Of a DNA stretch of 64,000 nucleotides, positions 33,221 to 47,389 are shown piece by piece. Source of the DNA: the human T2T-CHM13v2.0 reference genome, Homo sapiens; NCBI RefSeq assembly GCF_009914755.1, contig NC_060938.1; one strand, 5' to 3'. Each line of letters begins with the position of its first letter. Position 1 is the stretch's first letter. A program made the translations under genes and the position numbers. The notes beneath the pieces were generated by a model. That model saw nothing but the letters and a program-made list of their open reading frames with translations, did no database searches and had not been told where the DNA came from.

Positions 33221-34699
33221 AGACTCAGGCTATTTACTATTCTGTTTTCAAGTATAGATTGAGGGCAACAGCAGCCTTTGTTTTCTATGTTGATGGCCAA
33301 AGGTTTATTTTTATATTCTTATACTGTAAAAAAAAAAACAACTTTATTTTTATAGCCTTTTTGGGTGTAGGGTCATGTCAGGCTTTACTAATTGCACTTC
33401 TGATAAGTATACTGATGATGCTGAGGATGGTTATTAAAGCCCTATGCTGATACTTTGGATTTATGGAACCAATTAATTTGATGACTCATTTACATTGAAT
33501 TTCTTAATTAGTAGATTGCCCACTAATTATTTTTATGAGCACAGAATAAGGTAATGTTTATTCTTATTTTTTTTGTGATATGGTAAAAAACTTAGTTCAT
33601 ATAATGAATTTAGTGCTCAAATATCTTAGTAGAAATTGAAGTAGAAAAAGACATTGTTGTAAATTAAATGTAAGATATAATTTTATTTTCTTTAGAAAAC
33701 TTTACATTGAAAAGATCACATTATAGATAATTTAGACAACTTATTTATAACTTTTATTTATTATTATTATTGAATGTAAAAGAATTACATGCAGTCCCAT
33801 GATCTTAACATAACTGTGGTTACCATGTTGGTATATGTGCCTTTTAGTCCTTTTTCATACACAATTTTTTTTACAAAGTTATAATAATAATTTCTTTTCA
33901 AATTTGTGCCTTATTTCAGTTAACAGTGTAAATGTTTCCCATTTCTAACAATGTTTTCTCATTGAGTGAGGTACTGTTAGGTTGGTCAGACTGATAGTTT
34001 ATTGTACGTATTGCTGTAATATCTTTGTACATTTAGCTTTTCCATGTTTGTACCATATCTTTGGGTTTTCAGAAGTCTGTCTCTCTCTCTGTTTCTCTTT
34101 TTGTCTGTCTTTTCTATCTCTCACCTTCATTTGGGGAGCATTTTGTGTTCTCTTTCACAGGACTAATTAAGTTTTATTGGATCTTGAAAAACGGGATTAG
34201 AAATTTTTTCTTACTTATATAATTAGAAAACAATGCTTTTGGACTTACATTGCCACGGCAGTTTACACAGTTTTATTCCCAAAAATTGTAGTTTTGTGAC
34301 TAGGTGATAAAAATGATCTCCTATATGTGCCAAACTTGGTATTCTAGACACTCATACTTAGGATGTAAATTGACTGTAGTCCAATAATTTAATATGTTGT
34401 GTTTAATTCTTGTAATATTTTACTCACAAATTGAACTTTTCCTTACCAATTTAATGTTTGTAGGCTTAATTTGGCATCTTTGTCAGGATTATTAGACTTC
34501 TCTGCATTCTTCTGACTTCTCCCTAAACTAATGTTTAGAACTGAATTGGGTCCAGCAATTTAAGTGGAAAATCAGTATGACTAGAGACTTCTAGAAACTT
34601 CTGGTGTCACTGAGATGGTGAATTTGATGATTCTGACCCTACTTGCTCATCTGTAAAAGCTATTAGAGGATTGTTTTAAGCATTTCTATTCTATACAGG

Positions 34700-35082
34700 T
34701 ATATGTACACCATGTAATACCACTCAGCCATAAAAAAGAATGAAATAACATTTTTGCAGCAATTTGGGTGGAGCTGTAGGCCATTATTCTAAGTGAAGTA
34801 ACTCAGGAATACAAAACTGAATACCATATGTTCTCACAAGCGGGAGCTAAGTCATGGGTACGCAAAGGCATACAGAATAGTAAAATAGACTTTGGAGACT
34901 GAGACGCGGGGAGAATAGGAAGAAGATAAGGGATAAAAAACGATATATTGGGTACAATGTATGCTACTTTGGTGATGGGTGTAGTAAAATCTCAGACTTC
35001 ACCACTATACATTTCATCCATGTAACCCAAAACCACTTGTACTCCAAAAGCTATTGAAATAAAAAAGATATTTAAAAAAAAA
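34700..35082 (+). mobile_element. L1MA/L1PB 3' end
   Basis: ctcagccataaaaaagaatgaaat..gctattgaaataaaaaa. Confidence 0.82.
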
Positions 35083-35084
35083 GA

Positions 35085-35205
35085 GGCCAGGCAGGTTGGT
35101 TCACGCCTGTAATCCCAGCACTTTGGGAGGCTGAGGCGGGCGGATCACTTGAGGTCAGGAGTTCGGGACCAGCCTGACCAACATGGTGAAAACCTGTCTC
35201 TACTG

Positions 35206-35246
<41 letters not shown>

Positions 35247-35400
35247 CCAGGCGTGCTGGCTCCCACCTGTAATCCCAGCTACTCATGGGGCTGGGCGAAT
35301 CGCTTGAACCTGGGAGGCAGAGGTTGCAGTGAGCCGAGATTGTGCCACTGCACTCTAAGAGCAAAACTCTGTCTCAAAAATAAATAAATAAATAAAAAAT
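35085..35400 (+). mobile_element. AluS with central linker expanded to A40
   Basis: Dimer; A run 35206-35245. Confidence 0.9.
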
Positions 35401-35656
35401 TAAAAAAGATCTTCTGTTGTACCTAATCTTCTAGCCTTATTATTTCTTAGAGATTTTATAAATCCATGTGGCTTTTTTACTCTTGTCATCTTCAAGTTAT
35501 TTGCCAAGATTGAAAAATAACCATCTTTCTCCTAATACCTTGGTGAGCCTGAGAGAAGAAAATACTACACAGTTCATTTTATTGTAAAAGTAGTGAAATT
35601 TCTCAACTGATATTCATCCTTCATTTTTGTGGATTTGTTCAGGGAAGATAAGATTT

Positions 35657-35775
35657 ATTGTTTATTTTTATTTTGCTGTATTGCCAGGCTGGTCTGGAAC
35701 TTCTGAGCTCAAGCAGTCCTCCTGCCTCGGCCTTCCAAAGTGTTGGGATTATAGGTGTGAGCCACCGCACCTGGC
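35657..35775 (-). mobile_element. FLAM
   Basis: TSD ggaagataagattt/ggaagacaggattt. Confidence 0.82.
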
Positions 35776-36262
35776 TGGAAGACAGGATTTTTTTGGGAAA
35801 GTAAATATCACTTGAGAATATCTACTAGTATGGAATCTAAAGTTATGCATACAAGGATGATCTCATATTTCTTTGTATCTTGTTCCCAGTCTTTCCCCCA
35901 ATCTTGTCTCGCTTTTTCCTCAACAAGCGTAGTTAACAACTACTATGAATTTGGAATACAAAATGATAACGACCCTGCCTTTAGGAAACTGACAATTTAG
36001 AAGGTCAACTAGAAATATAAGTTAATAATTACAGTACAGGAAGTCCCCTGATTTCCTCTATAATAACATGTCTCCCAAAATGTGATTGAAAATAAAAATT
36101 CCACATGTCATAGGCGTAGGAGGTATTTGGGTGTTTGTATGGAGAGTCATTTCACAGAGCTAAAATTTATTATTATAAAATACTCAATTCTAGTTCCTGG
36201 GCATGTTATCTCCTTTGGAATTAGAAATCTTAGTTGCTGCATAACATTAAAAGTGTCAGGAT

Positions 36263-36570
36263 GATGCCTGTAATCCCAGCACTTTTGAAGGTAGAGGCAG
36301 AGCATTGCTTGAGGCCAGGATTTTGAGACCAGCCTGGGCAACATAGTGAGACCCTGTCTCTACCAAAAAATTTAAAAAAATTAGCCAAGCATGGTGGTGT
36401 GTGCATGTAGTCCTAGGTACTTAGGAGGCTGAGGCAGAGGATCGCTTGAGCTCAGGTATTTGAGGCTGCAGTGAGGCTGCAGTGAGGCTGAGCTCTACCA
36501 TATAGAGCTCAGGCTCTATATGGTAGAGCCACTGCAATCCAGCCTCCGCAACAGAGTGAGACCTTGTCTT
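36263..36570 (+). mobile_element. AluJ with internal rearrangement
   Basis: Dimer; duplications at 36461-36529. Confidence 0.85.
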
Positions 36571-38997
36571 GGGGGGCAAAAAGTGTAAGGATGGGATTTC
36601 TAGGCATATTTGGGGCTGAGGAAATCAGTCTTGGGCCCAACCTCCTTGTAGGGGGTGAGGTGGCAACCTCTGGAATTTGAGGCCTGCTACTGGGATTGTA
36701 GGTATAGGAAGTTGAGAGGGAAAGGGTCTTTCTCACCCTGCTGTGGTAGTAAGAGCTTGGTGCTTAATGGGTGCCTTTTACTTGTTTGATCACCTAGGAT
36801 TTCTGCTTAGAACCCAGCAATACTTGTAGGCCTGCACAGTCCCAAGAGAGAAATCAGAGACTTGGTGATAAGTCAAGGGTAAGAGATGAGATAAGAGAGC
36901 ACCTACACTATAGGATATTAGAACTACAACTCCAATTACTCCTTCACTCTCATCTTTTTCCCTCTCCCAGCTGCCAAGTATATGTGACTAGTGCTTTGTC
37001 CAGAGCAGGACTGGAGGATGGGGTAGGAAGAATTATTATTTTTTCATCATAGATCAGGATAGTGTCATGTCCCCCTAAACTTCAGGGAGGCCTGGCTTCA
37101 TACCTCTTCTTCCAATTTCCTAGCATTGTGCAATGACAAAGCTTCATGCAGTAACTCAAAATCATTGTTAATAAGGTGATATCTAAAAGATTGAATTTGA
37201 TGTTCTGAAGTTAGTGTGAGGATGTCAGTCTGTTAATGTGTGAAATGTTTTGAGCTGTGTGAAACTCAATTTTGCTTAGTGTGTTAAGTACAACTGAAGT
37301 AGGTGTAAAAGTCAGTAGTAGCACACAGAAAGGAGTAATGAATTGTGTCTAGAGGGTCAGGAAAGGTCTCACAAAGGAGAGGATCCTTGAATTCTTTGTT
37401 CAAGTGGTAGAGTTAAAGAAGTAGATTTTTTTTTTTTTGGCGACAGGGTTTTGCTGTAGGTCTCCCAGGCTGGAGTACAGTGGCGCTATCATAGCTCACT
37501 GCAATCTCTAAACTTCTGGGCTCAAGCATAGAAATAGATCTGATAGTGGAAGTCTCTGCCCAGTAATACTGAGATCTTGGAACCTTACTCATTTCAGAAA
37601 TGGCTCTGGTCTGAATACATTATATGGGACTAAGCTCTTCTAAATATCTTTATCCCTTAATTCTTTATGCATAAACTTCAGCAACTTCTAAGCTACCATT
37701 AGGAAATTTTCACTGTAAATTATATACTGGATGATTGAATTTTTAGAATTAGATTTATTCCAAATGTAAGTCAACCTAAATGTAAAGTTTTTCTCTACTT
37801 AAATATAAGCTTTTTTGGCACTCTTGAAGATTCTGAGTATTTCTGTGGACAGTTATGGCCATCAGGGTGTTTGTTTGAATTCTGGAATTGCCCTAGAGAG
37901 CACATAAGCTGTGGAGTAAAGCAGGTGTGTGGTCTGACTCCTGACTTGGTCACTTAAGATCTGTGCAACCTTGAATAGTAACTTCGATGCTAATTTTCCA
38001 CATCTGTAAAATATGGATAAAAAATGCAGAGTCTTTAGCACAGTTCCTGGCATGAAGTAATGGCTCAATAAATGTTAATTATTACTATTGTTAACTAAAT
38101 AAGAGTTCCCTAGGTCTCTGACTTCAAACATATAGTTGTTGGAGACTATGAATACCTTGGGGCCACCTTGAGCTAAGACTAGATGCTCAGGAGCACCTTT
38201 TTGATTAGTCATTTATTCATTGAGCATATATTTTTGCATTGTTTAAACTTTAGCAAAATACCTAAGTCAGTCAATTCTATTTTTATACAGATATTTCTAT
38301 ATAGAGGAGATTTCCTATAGGATGACCTGTTCTGGGTGTGTCTATCTGACCTGCAGCTAATCAAGTGACTACAGCTTTGCTAATTTTTTTTTTGAAAAAC
38401 CCTAATATTGTTAAACAGTAGTACAGAGGAAATAAGCTGTTGGTCAGCTTCTAAATTCTGGCACGGGTTAGATTTGCCTAAGAGCAAATCATATAGCAAG
38501 AGTTGATGAGAGAACTTTTCTCATATCTTCTAGCCTGGGTAAGTTTGTCTCATTTGGTGTCAAGTCAGAGGAATCTGAACTATAGAACCAAATTGTAGGG
38601 AAAGATGACTAAGGGTTTGTGATGTCTTTTTTTTTTTTTACCCCCCTCAAAGGAGTTCTAGGTGTAAAAAGCATCATGGTTTAAACGTTACGAGGCATCA
38701 GTGAAGGCAGCAGAAAAGTCAGAAACTAATATAGCCAAGTCTAGATTGTATCTGTTATAAACTCTTTAATCAGAAGATTCTAGCTTCTAGAACCAGGTCT
38801 GTAAAATGTTGAGAGCCCTCTAAGTAAACTCCATTATAGTCATTTAATTGATTTTTCTTTGTCTTTCTTCTTGGACATACTCTTCTTTAAAGAGAGCGTT
38901 CCCCCCTCTACCCCAGATAGTATCTATCTTTGAGGTTTTGAGAACAATAGTATTCTTGTTCTTTAGGTTCTGAGTTGCTGACTTGAGGGAATTTGAT

Positions 38998-39205
38998 ACA
39001 CAGGAGTCCCCAAGGCCCCCCAGTGGATACCTGAAACCATGGATAGTACTGAACCCTATATATACAGGTCAGGCATCCCAAATCTGAAATCCAAAACGTT
39101 CCAAAATCTGAAACCGACGTGACACTCTGAAGAAATGCTCACTGGAGCATTTTGGATTTGTGGATTTGAGATGCTCAACTGGTAAGTATAACACAAATAT
39201 CCCCA
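38998..39205. mobile_element. MER2/Tigger-family DNA transposon fragments
   Basis: ggatacctgaaaccatggatagtactgaaccctata; aaatctgaaatccaaaacgttccaaaatctg. Confidence 0.7.
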
Positions 39206-39354
39206 ATAGGAAAAACTCCCTATTCCCATTAGTTTTTACTTGATATTCTGAATTCTTAAGTGTGATTTTTTTTTCTAATTTGGGGATAGCTCCTATTTTT
39301 GTGAGAGAAATTAATGGGAAATTTTGAGATGGTAACTAGAAATTGTCTTTGCAG

Positions 39355-39690
39355 TGTTAAATTTTTAGTTGGGAGGCTACTAGGCTGGGTGGCTCTAGCT
39401 GTTTAAGTTCCTGTCTAAGCAAACCAAAGCCCAACTTAGAAAGTAAAAGGAAACTAGATATTTTGCCAACTAGAAACCACCTAAGTAATCTCTAACTAGT
39501 GTCTTTCCACTCTGACCAATGAGATATGTTTTCTTTGTCTTCCGTGTTCAGCCTATAAAGCTTACAGCCCACACTGCTGTGAATGAAGCTCTTCAAACCT
39601 TTTATGGTTCAGAGTGCTGCCTAATTGATGAATCATTCTTTGCACAGATAAACTCTTTTGTCTGTTTTTGCTTTAAACAACAAAGGAACA
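39355..39690 (+). mobile_element. ERV1-type solo LTR remnant, sense orientation
   Basis: tgttaaa start, CCAAT ~39515, TATAAA ~39554, tgaatcattctttgcacagataaactc 3' motif. Confidence 0.6.
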
Positions 39691-40299
39691 TAAATTCTGT
39701 TAATTGATTGTATGAATATAACAGTGAAAATTCCCTGTTAGGCTTTGGTTATCAGTATTTTAGGAATACTTTTTAAAACATCCCCTTTAGCTTTTAATGT
39801 GTTTTGGTTAGACAAGATGATGTATGTGTCAGTATAATGCCAGGCTCACAAAAGTTGCTAACTAAATGTTAGTTCCTTCAATACATACATTCATTCCCTG
39901 GGACATGGTTCCAAAAGTAGATTATCATAAGAATTCTGTGAGAAGCTTTGAAAAAACTACAGATGTCTATGGCATATATTAATACATGGCGTCTATATCC
40001 ATACATGTATGTAAATGTATGCAAACAATTTAATCTACTTTTTCCTTAACATTAACTCCTTCAGATAGAATGGTTGGCCCAAATGATTTAATTATTTTTG
40101 AGGTTGTTGATTCATAGAAACAAATCCCCTGCAGAAAGGTTGTACCAATTTACACGGTTACCTTTCTTCACATTTTCTCTAACACTGGGTATTCTTGAGC
40201 TTTTAGTATTTCTCAGTTGGTGGAAAGGATCTCTTAGTTTGTTGGGATCTCTTTGATTATGAGTGAGATTCAGCATTTTCCATAATTTACTGATGTCTG

Positions 40300-40440
40300 C
40301 ATTTCTTCCTCCCTCCTTCCCTTTCTTCTTTCCTTTCTCCTTCTCCTACTTCCACTTTCTCCCGTCCTGTCCTCCCTTTCCCCTGCTCTCCCTCTTTCTT
40401 CCCCTTCTATCCCCCTCCCCTCCTGTTTTTCCTTCTTTGC
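40300..40440. repeat. CT-rich low-complexity tract
   Basis: Directly visible. Confidence 0.85.
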
Positions 40441-41066
40441 TTGTTTTTGATCTCTGTTCTTCCACATATGAAGATTCTATTTTGACCAGCAATAAGTTGA
40501 ATTATGGGGCTAGAAGATAAGGACTAAAAACAAGAATTGGTGTCCAGAAAGGTGGGGTAATTTTGATTACTATGCCTGTTGCAAACATGAGCAAGATGTT
40601 AAATGTATCATAGATCTGCAAGGTTTTTTTAATTCATATTTTTTATCTATTGTCTCATTAATGTTATCTTTGAGAAATGGTTCTTTTCAGTTTGAGAATG
40701 GGGGAATTGGATTTAAAATTTTCTTACATGAAGAAACCAAATATTTTGCTGCTATCCTTTGGAAACTTCTTACTATGATTGGTTCTGGGTGGTATTGGAA
40801 TCAGTTTGAAATGATGCCATTAATGACCACATGTTTGGATTTCTTGACTATGGGTAAATGTGATTAGAACAGAAATCCCTTAATAATAGGGATTCTTTAT
40901 CTTTGTGTCCCTAGTGCCTCATAGTATCTGGCCCTAATTAGGAGCTTTAGAAGTGCTTATTGACTGATTGCTTTTTTATCTGAATCGGCCCTTTCTATCC
41001 CATCATTATGATAACATCCATCTTGGTAGTAGTAAAACTGTTGCAAACTGCAGAAATGAACTGTGA

Positions 41067-41384
<318 letters not shown>

Positions 41385-41463
41385 TAACTTTTTCAGACAC
41401 CACTTTTGATTCTTCTGGGTATGTATCCAGAAGTGGAATCACTGGTATCATACTGTAATTCTA

Positions 41464-41754
<291 letters not shown>

Positions 41755-43098
41755 TCTTTAATTCTTTTTTCAATTTTTTGAGGAGACATCATACTGTTTT
41801 CCACAGTGGCTACACCATTTTACATTTCCATCAGCACTGCACAGGGTTCTAATTTCAGCACATTCTTACCAACACTTATTTTCTGCTGGTTTTTTTTTAT
41901 AATCATCATCATCTTAATGGGTGTGAAGTGGTATCTCATTGTGGTTTTGATTTGCATTTTTGAAATGATAAGTGATGTTGAGCATCTTTTCTTATGCTTA
42001 CTGTTCATTTGCATATTTTCTTTGGAGAAATACCTATTTAAGTCCTTTGCCCACTGTTGAGTCAGATTTTTTGTTGTTGAGTTTTAGGGATACTTTTTAA
42101 AGATGCTAATCACGTGAACTCCTTTTTAAGTGATTTATAATTCCGTAACATATACTTTTTTTTTTCTGATCGATTTCCTTATAGTTTGTATTCTAGTGGG
42201 TTAATGGAGTGTGATTTTTTTTTAAAACAGCTTTGCTGAGGTGTGATTGGCATAAAAAATACTGCACACATCTGAAATGAACAATTTGATTAGTTTTGAC
42301 ATATGTATACATCTGTGAATCCATACTCATTACCTCCACAGATTTCTTCTTGCCCCCTTGTAATCTTTTCCCCCACTACTACCCATCCTTCCTTGTCTCC
42401 AGGAAAATCCTGAATTGCTTTTGGTCACTATAAATTTAGTGCCTTTTCTAAAGTTTTTTTTTAAAATGGAACTTCTAGTATATACTTTTGGGCAGGGGCT
42501 GTCCATTCCTGTGTTTATTTATCCTTTGTATATTTTCTTTGGTAAAATATCTGTTCAAATATTTTGGCCATTATTTAAATTGGGTTGTTTGTTTTCTTAT
42601 TATTGAGTTTTGAGAGCGGTTTATATTCTTGATCAAAGTTGTTTATAAGATACGTGCTTCGCAGATGTATTTTTCCTGGACTGTTGCTTGTCTTTTCTTT
42701 CTCTTAATAGTGTCTTTTGAAGAGCACACATTTTAAATTATGATGAAATTTGTTTGTTCTCATATGGATTGTGTTTATCTATCAGTTTGTTCTCATATGG
42801 ATTCTATTTTTGTTTATGTATCTAAGATATATTTGCCTAATCCAAGGGCATAGAAGTTCTCTCCTGGAAGTTTTATGGTTTTGTATTTAGACCTATGATG
42901 CATTTTGAGTTAATTTTTTTATATGGGATAAAAATTGGATAGAAATTCTTTTTTGGGGGGTAGAGACATGCAGTTATTTCAGCATCATTTACTGAAGTGG
43001 TTTGTGTCCTTTTGATTTTTGTCAAAAATCATTTGACTGTATACGCGTGGGTTTATTTCTGACTCTTATTTTGTTCCACTGACCTCTTTGTCTTTCTT

Positions 43099-43346
43099 TT
43101 TTTTTTGTCTCTCATACCAGCTCAGTTTTAATTTTAAAGTGACAAATGTACAGGTGGAATAAAATTTTAAGCAACACCCTCCAAATTCCTCTTACATGAC
43201 AAGAAGAAGCTGAATGTAATTTTGCTCTATAACCAACTAAACAGTAGCTCAGGATAGACATAAAGCCAACTTTTCCAATTAAGCCTTTGTGAAAATCAAT
43301 TTCTAAATGGATCACAACTCCAGGATATTGTTTCTGTGCTGTGATT
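43099..43346 (-). pseudogene. 5'-truncated retrocopy of an unidentified mRNA 3' end
   Basis: 14-bp TSD tctttgtctttctt (43085-43098, 43347-43360), poly(A) to 43106, ATTAAA 20 nt upstream (43127-43132), interrupting a contiguous L1. Confidence 0.75.
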
Positions 43347-43461
43347 TCTTTGTCTTTCTTGATGCCACTACCATGCTGACTATTATGGCTTTATAAGTCA
43401 TGAAATCGGGTCACGTTAACCCATACAACTGCTTGTTCCTTTTCAGAGCAATTTTGGCTAT

Positions 43462-44212
43462 TGTGCTGGTTACCAATCTGTTGCCTCTCAGCTCCAAATG
43501 CATCCTTTTTGCCTGCTCTGTGAAAATAGATCAGGCCCTTTAAATATTTTTCTTTTGTCAGCTGACAATGTTAAGTTTTGCCAGTACAGAGTGCTGGAGA
43601 AACACTGCAGAGAAGTTTTGCTTGTTCGTTTCTGTGTACTTGCTTAGTGGACTGTAGCAACACACTCAGCTTCTCCAGTGTCAACCCACATTGGCTTTCC
43701 CACTCTACAGTTTCTGTAGGATGCATGTTTTCACCATTATCAGGCTTCTGCAGTGCTCAGAGGGCAGCAATACCCAGCAACCAGTGACCCGAGGCCAGCA
43801 ACTTCTTTTACTTCCCCCTCAGTTGGATTTGTAACAGAGTATCTTTGGTGGGACACTTCTGTGTGAAGAGATTTTACTAGCACCCTAAAGAATGGATTTC
43901 TGGCAAGTTCCACAAGGTAGACTTCCAGTAAGTTCTGCTGGTGCAGCACTACAGCAACTTCCGTGCTATTCAGTGAGAGGACTGTGTTCTCTCCAACAAG
44001 GTCTGGATCTCAGCCCTGGGATGGTTTAGGGTCGGAGGAAGCTCTTGCCTTGGTGTTCTGTGTCAGCCTAGGGAGCATTGGCTACTCTTAAGAGTTCTCT
44101 TTATTTCTCATTAGTTAATTAGCTGTTTCTCCAACCCCATGTTAAATAGTTAGTGATCCTTTTTATTAAGCTTTCACTTTTCAAATTACTGTGTGGCTTT
44201 TCTCTCCGGAAT
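43462..44212. mobile_element. LTR-like element (probably ERVL class) inserted in L1
   Basis: tgtgctggttacc start; non-L1 composition; L1 resumes at ~44213. Confidence 0.5.
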
Positions 44213-44487
44213 GGCTTTACATTTCCATATGAATTTAAGAAACAGTATGTAAATATTTGATTGGAATTGCATCGAATCTATAGATGAATTTGAGGGACAG
44301 TTGACATCTTAACGATATCAAGTCTTCTGACTCATGAATAAAATGTCTCCATTTATTTGGATGTTTAATTTCTTTCAGCAGTATTTTATTGTTTTCAATG
44401 TACTGATCTTACCCATATTTTATTAGGTTGATCTTTAAGTATTTTATATTTTTTGATGCTTTTATAAATATTTAAATAACATATCAA

Positions 44488-44792
44488 TTTTTTTTTTTTG
44501 AGACAGAGTTATTGGCCAAGTGTGGTCAGTAACTGTCACCCAGGCTGGAGTGTGGTGGCATGATATCAGCTCACTGCAACCTTCACCTTCTGGTTTCAAG
44601 TGATTCTTCTGACTCAGCCTCCTGAGTAGCTGAGATTGCTCAGCTACCACACCCAGCTAATTTTTGTATTTTTAATAGGGATGGGATTTCACCATCTTGG
44701 CCAGGCTGGTCTCGAACTCCTGACCTCAAGTATCTGCCCTCCTCGGCCTCCCAAAGTGCTGGGATTAAAGGCGTGAGCCACCACACCCGGCC
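44488..44792 (-). mobile_element. AluS with two fold-back lesions
   Basis: TSD aataacatatcaattt/aataacatacaattt. Confidence 0.9.
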
Positions 44793-45280
44793 AATAACAT
44801 ACAATTTTTAATTGTTCATTACTAATGTATAAGAATGCAATTGATTTTTGTATAGTGGCATTGTATCCTGAAAACCTGCTGTACTCATTCTGGTAGCTTT
44901 TTTTGTAGATTACATTGGCTTTTCTGCATAGACAAAGCATGTCTTTTGTGAATAAAGAGAGCTTTATTTCTTCCATTCTAATAAAAAGACAATCCTTTTA
45001 TTTCTTTTTCTTGCCTGATTTCACTGGCTAAAACCTCTGATATAATGTTGAATAGAAAAAGAGCAGACATCTTAGTCTTGTTTCTAATCTTAGGGGGAAA
45101 GCATCTATTCTCTCACAATTAAGTATGATGTTGTAGATTTTTCAGGATGCACTTTACTGGGCTGAGGAAGTTTTTTTCCATTCCTAGTTTGGGTAAAGTG
45201 TAAAAGAAAATTAGGAATGGATTTTGAATTTTGTCAGTTTTTTTTAATGTGTTGAAATGATCCCATGTTTGTTTTTTTTA

Positions 45281-45487
<207 letters not shown>

Positions 45488-45819
45488 TTAAAGGTTAATC
45501 CAACTGTATGTTTCTGAAATAAGCCCACTTGGTTATGATGTATATTTGGCTTCTTGATGTTGCCCCACAGTTCACTGATGCTCTTTATATTCTTTTTGTG
45601 TTCTTTTCTCTTTTTGTGTTGTATTTTTGGATCGTCTTTATTGGTATTTTTCCAAGTTCATGGATTTTTTTCTTCTACGGTGTCTAATCTGTTAATTCTA
45701 TGTAGTTTTTTATGTTAGATATTATAGTTTTCATCTTTAGAGTTTTGATTTAGATCTTTTTTATATCTTCCATGTCTCTTAATGTTTTGGCTATATGAAA
45801 TGCATTTAGAATAACTTTT

Positions 45820-45951
45820 AGACTAGGCGTGGTGGCTCATGCCTGTAATTCCAGCACTTTGGGAGTCTGAGGTGGGAGAATTGCTTGAGCCCAGGTATTC
45901 AGGACTACCCTGGCCAACATAGTAATACTTCGTCTCTATTAAAAAAAAAAA
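45820..45951 (+). mobile_element. FLAM
   Basis: Left arm plus tail. Confidence 0.82.
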
Positions 45952-47389
45952 TAATAATTTTTAATGTCCTTGTTTGCTAACATCTGGGTTGGTTTCAGTC
46001 AATTGATTGCTTTATTCATGTTTTCATGCCTCTTTGCATATCTGGTAATCTTCAGCTGACAGACATTGTGAATTTTACCTTTTTTGAGTGTTAGATATTC
46101 TTTTATTATTAGAAATACTGTTGAATTTTGTTCCGGATATGTAGTTATTTAGAGATAATTTGAGGCTTGCTTTTATGATTTTTTTAAGAGGCCTGGAGCA
46201 ATGCTCAATCCAGGGCTAGTTATTCCTCACTACTGAGGCAAGACCTTCTTAAGCACTCCACTCAATGTCCTCTGTGAATTAAGAGCTTTACCAGTTTGGC
46301 TGGTAGTAACAGGCAATATTCCTAAGTCTGCATGATTATCCATCACTATTCTCTCAAATTCTTTCAGATGTTTTTTTCCCCAGCCTCCAGTAGTTGTCTC
46401 ACACTTTGAGCTAATCAGTACTGTGCTGAATATTTGAGAGGCCCTGCTGCAGATTTCTGGGTTTTGTTCTCTGCGTAGCCACCCTGCTACTTTCCCGGGG
46501 CTAGCTACCTTTGTCTTCATGGACTCTAAGCTCTTCTGTTTCATCAACTCAAGTTAGTTTATCCACGCACCTAGCTCCCCTTGGATTTCTTTCTCTTCCC
46601 TGGGCCTTAGCCTGAAAAGTCTCCAAAGGTTGTAAGCTGGGACAATTGAAGGGTATTGCTTGTTTCCTGTCTCTCTAGAATCGCTGTTCTTTGTTGCTTA
46701 ATGTCCAGTTTCTTGAAAAATGTTGTTTTCTATATTATGTCCGTTTTTCTTTTAAGTGAGAGGACAAACCTGGTTGTTACTGCATCCTGACCTCCATATA
46801 TAGCATATTTTTAACCCCATTATTTTCCATTTTTTAAAACTTTTTTTCCCATTATTTTCTGTAGTAAAAATAATTCTGGTTTGAAAATTACAATTTCTTT
46901 ATGTTTTAGCACTAGCTAATGCAAGTATCTATTATATACAAATTGTATTGGCAATTTTCTTTCTAAAAAATCCCCCCAATTATTCTGCATATATAATAAT
47001 ACCTACGTTTTAAAAGGTATTTTTTTCCAATATTATTTTCAGTTGCTTAAAATAAACTACAGTACATACTAGTGGAGTCTGATTGAACTGATGTGAAGAA
47101 TACAGAAAAATACTTAGAAATGTTTAGAGAACGCATTGTGATGAAATCTGTTAGGAGTACAATTGTTTTAACTGTAAAGCTTGGCATTACTGGATGGGAG
47201 ACAGCTATAGAATACTTAAGCCTTATTGGTGAACATATAGGAAGAGGTGGAAATAAGAGATGAATTACATGAAGAAGTCTTTAAGTCATGGAGGCTTACT
47301 GAAATATTGAAAAAAGCAAATAAGTAGACCTAACAAGATAGAGGGGGCTCAGAAGAATGCATTTGTTTCTTATAGATGGTAGCTGGAGC

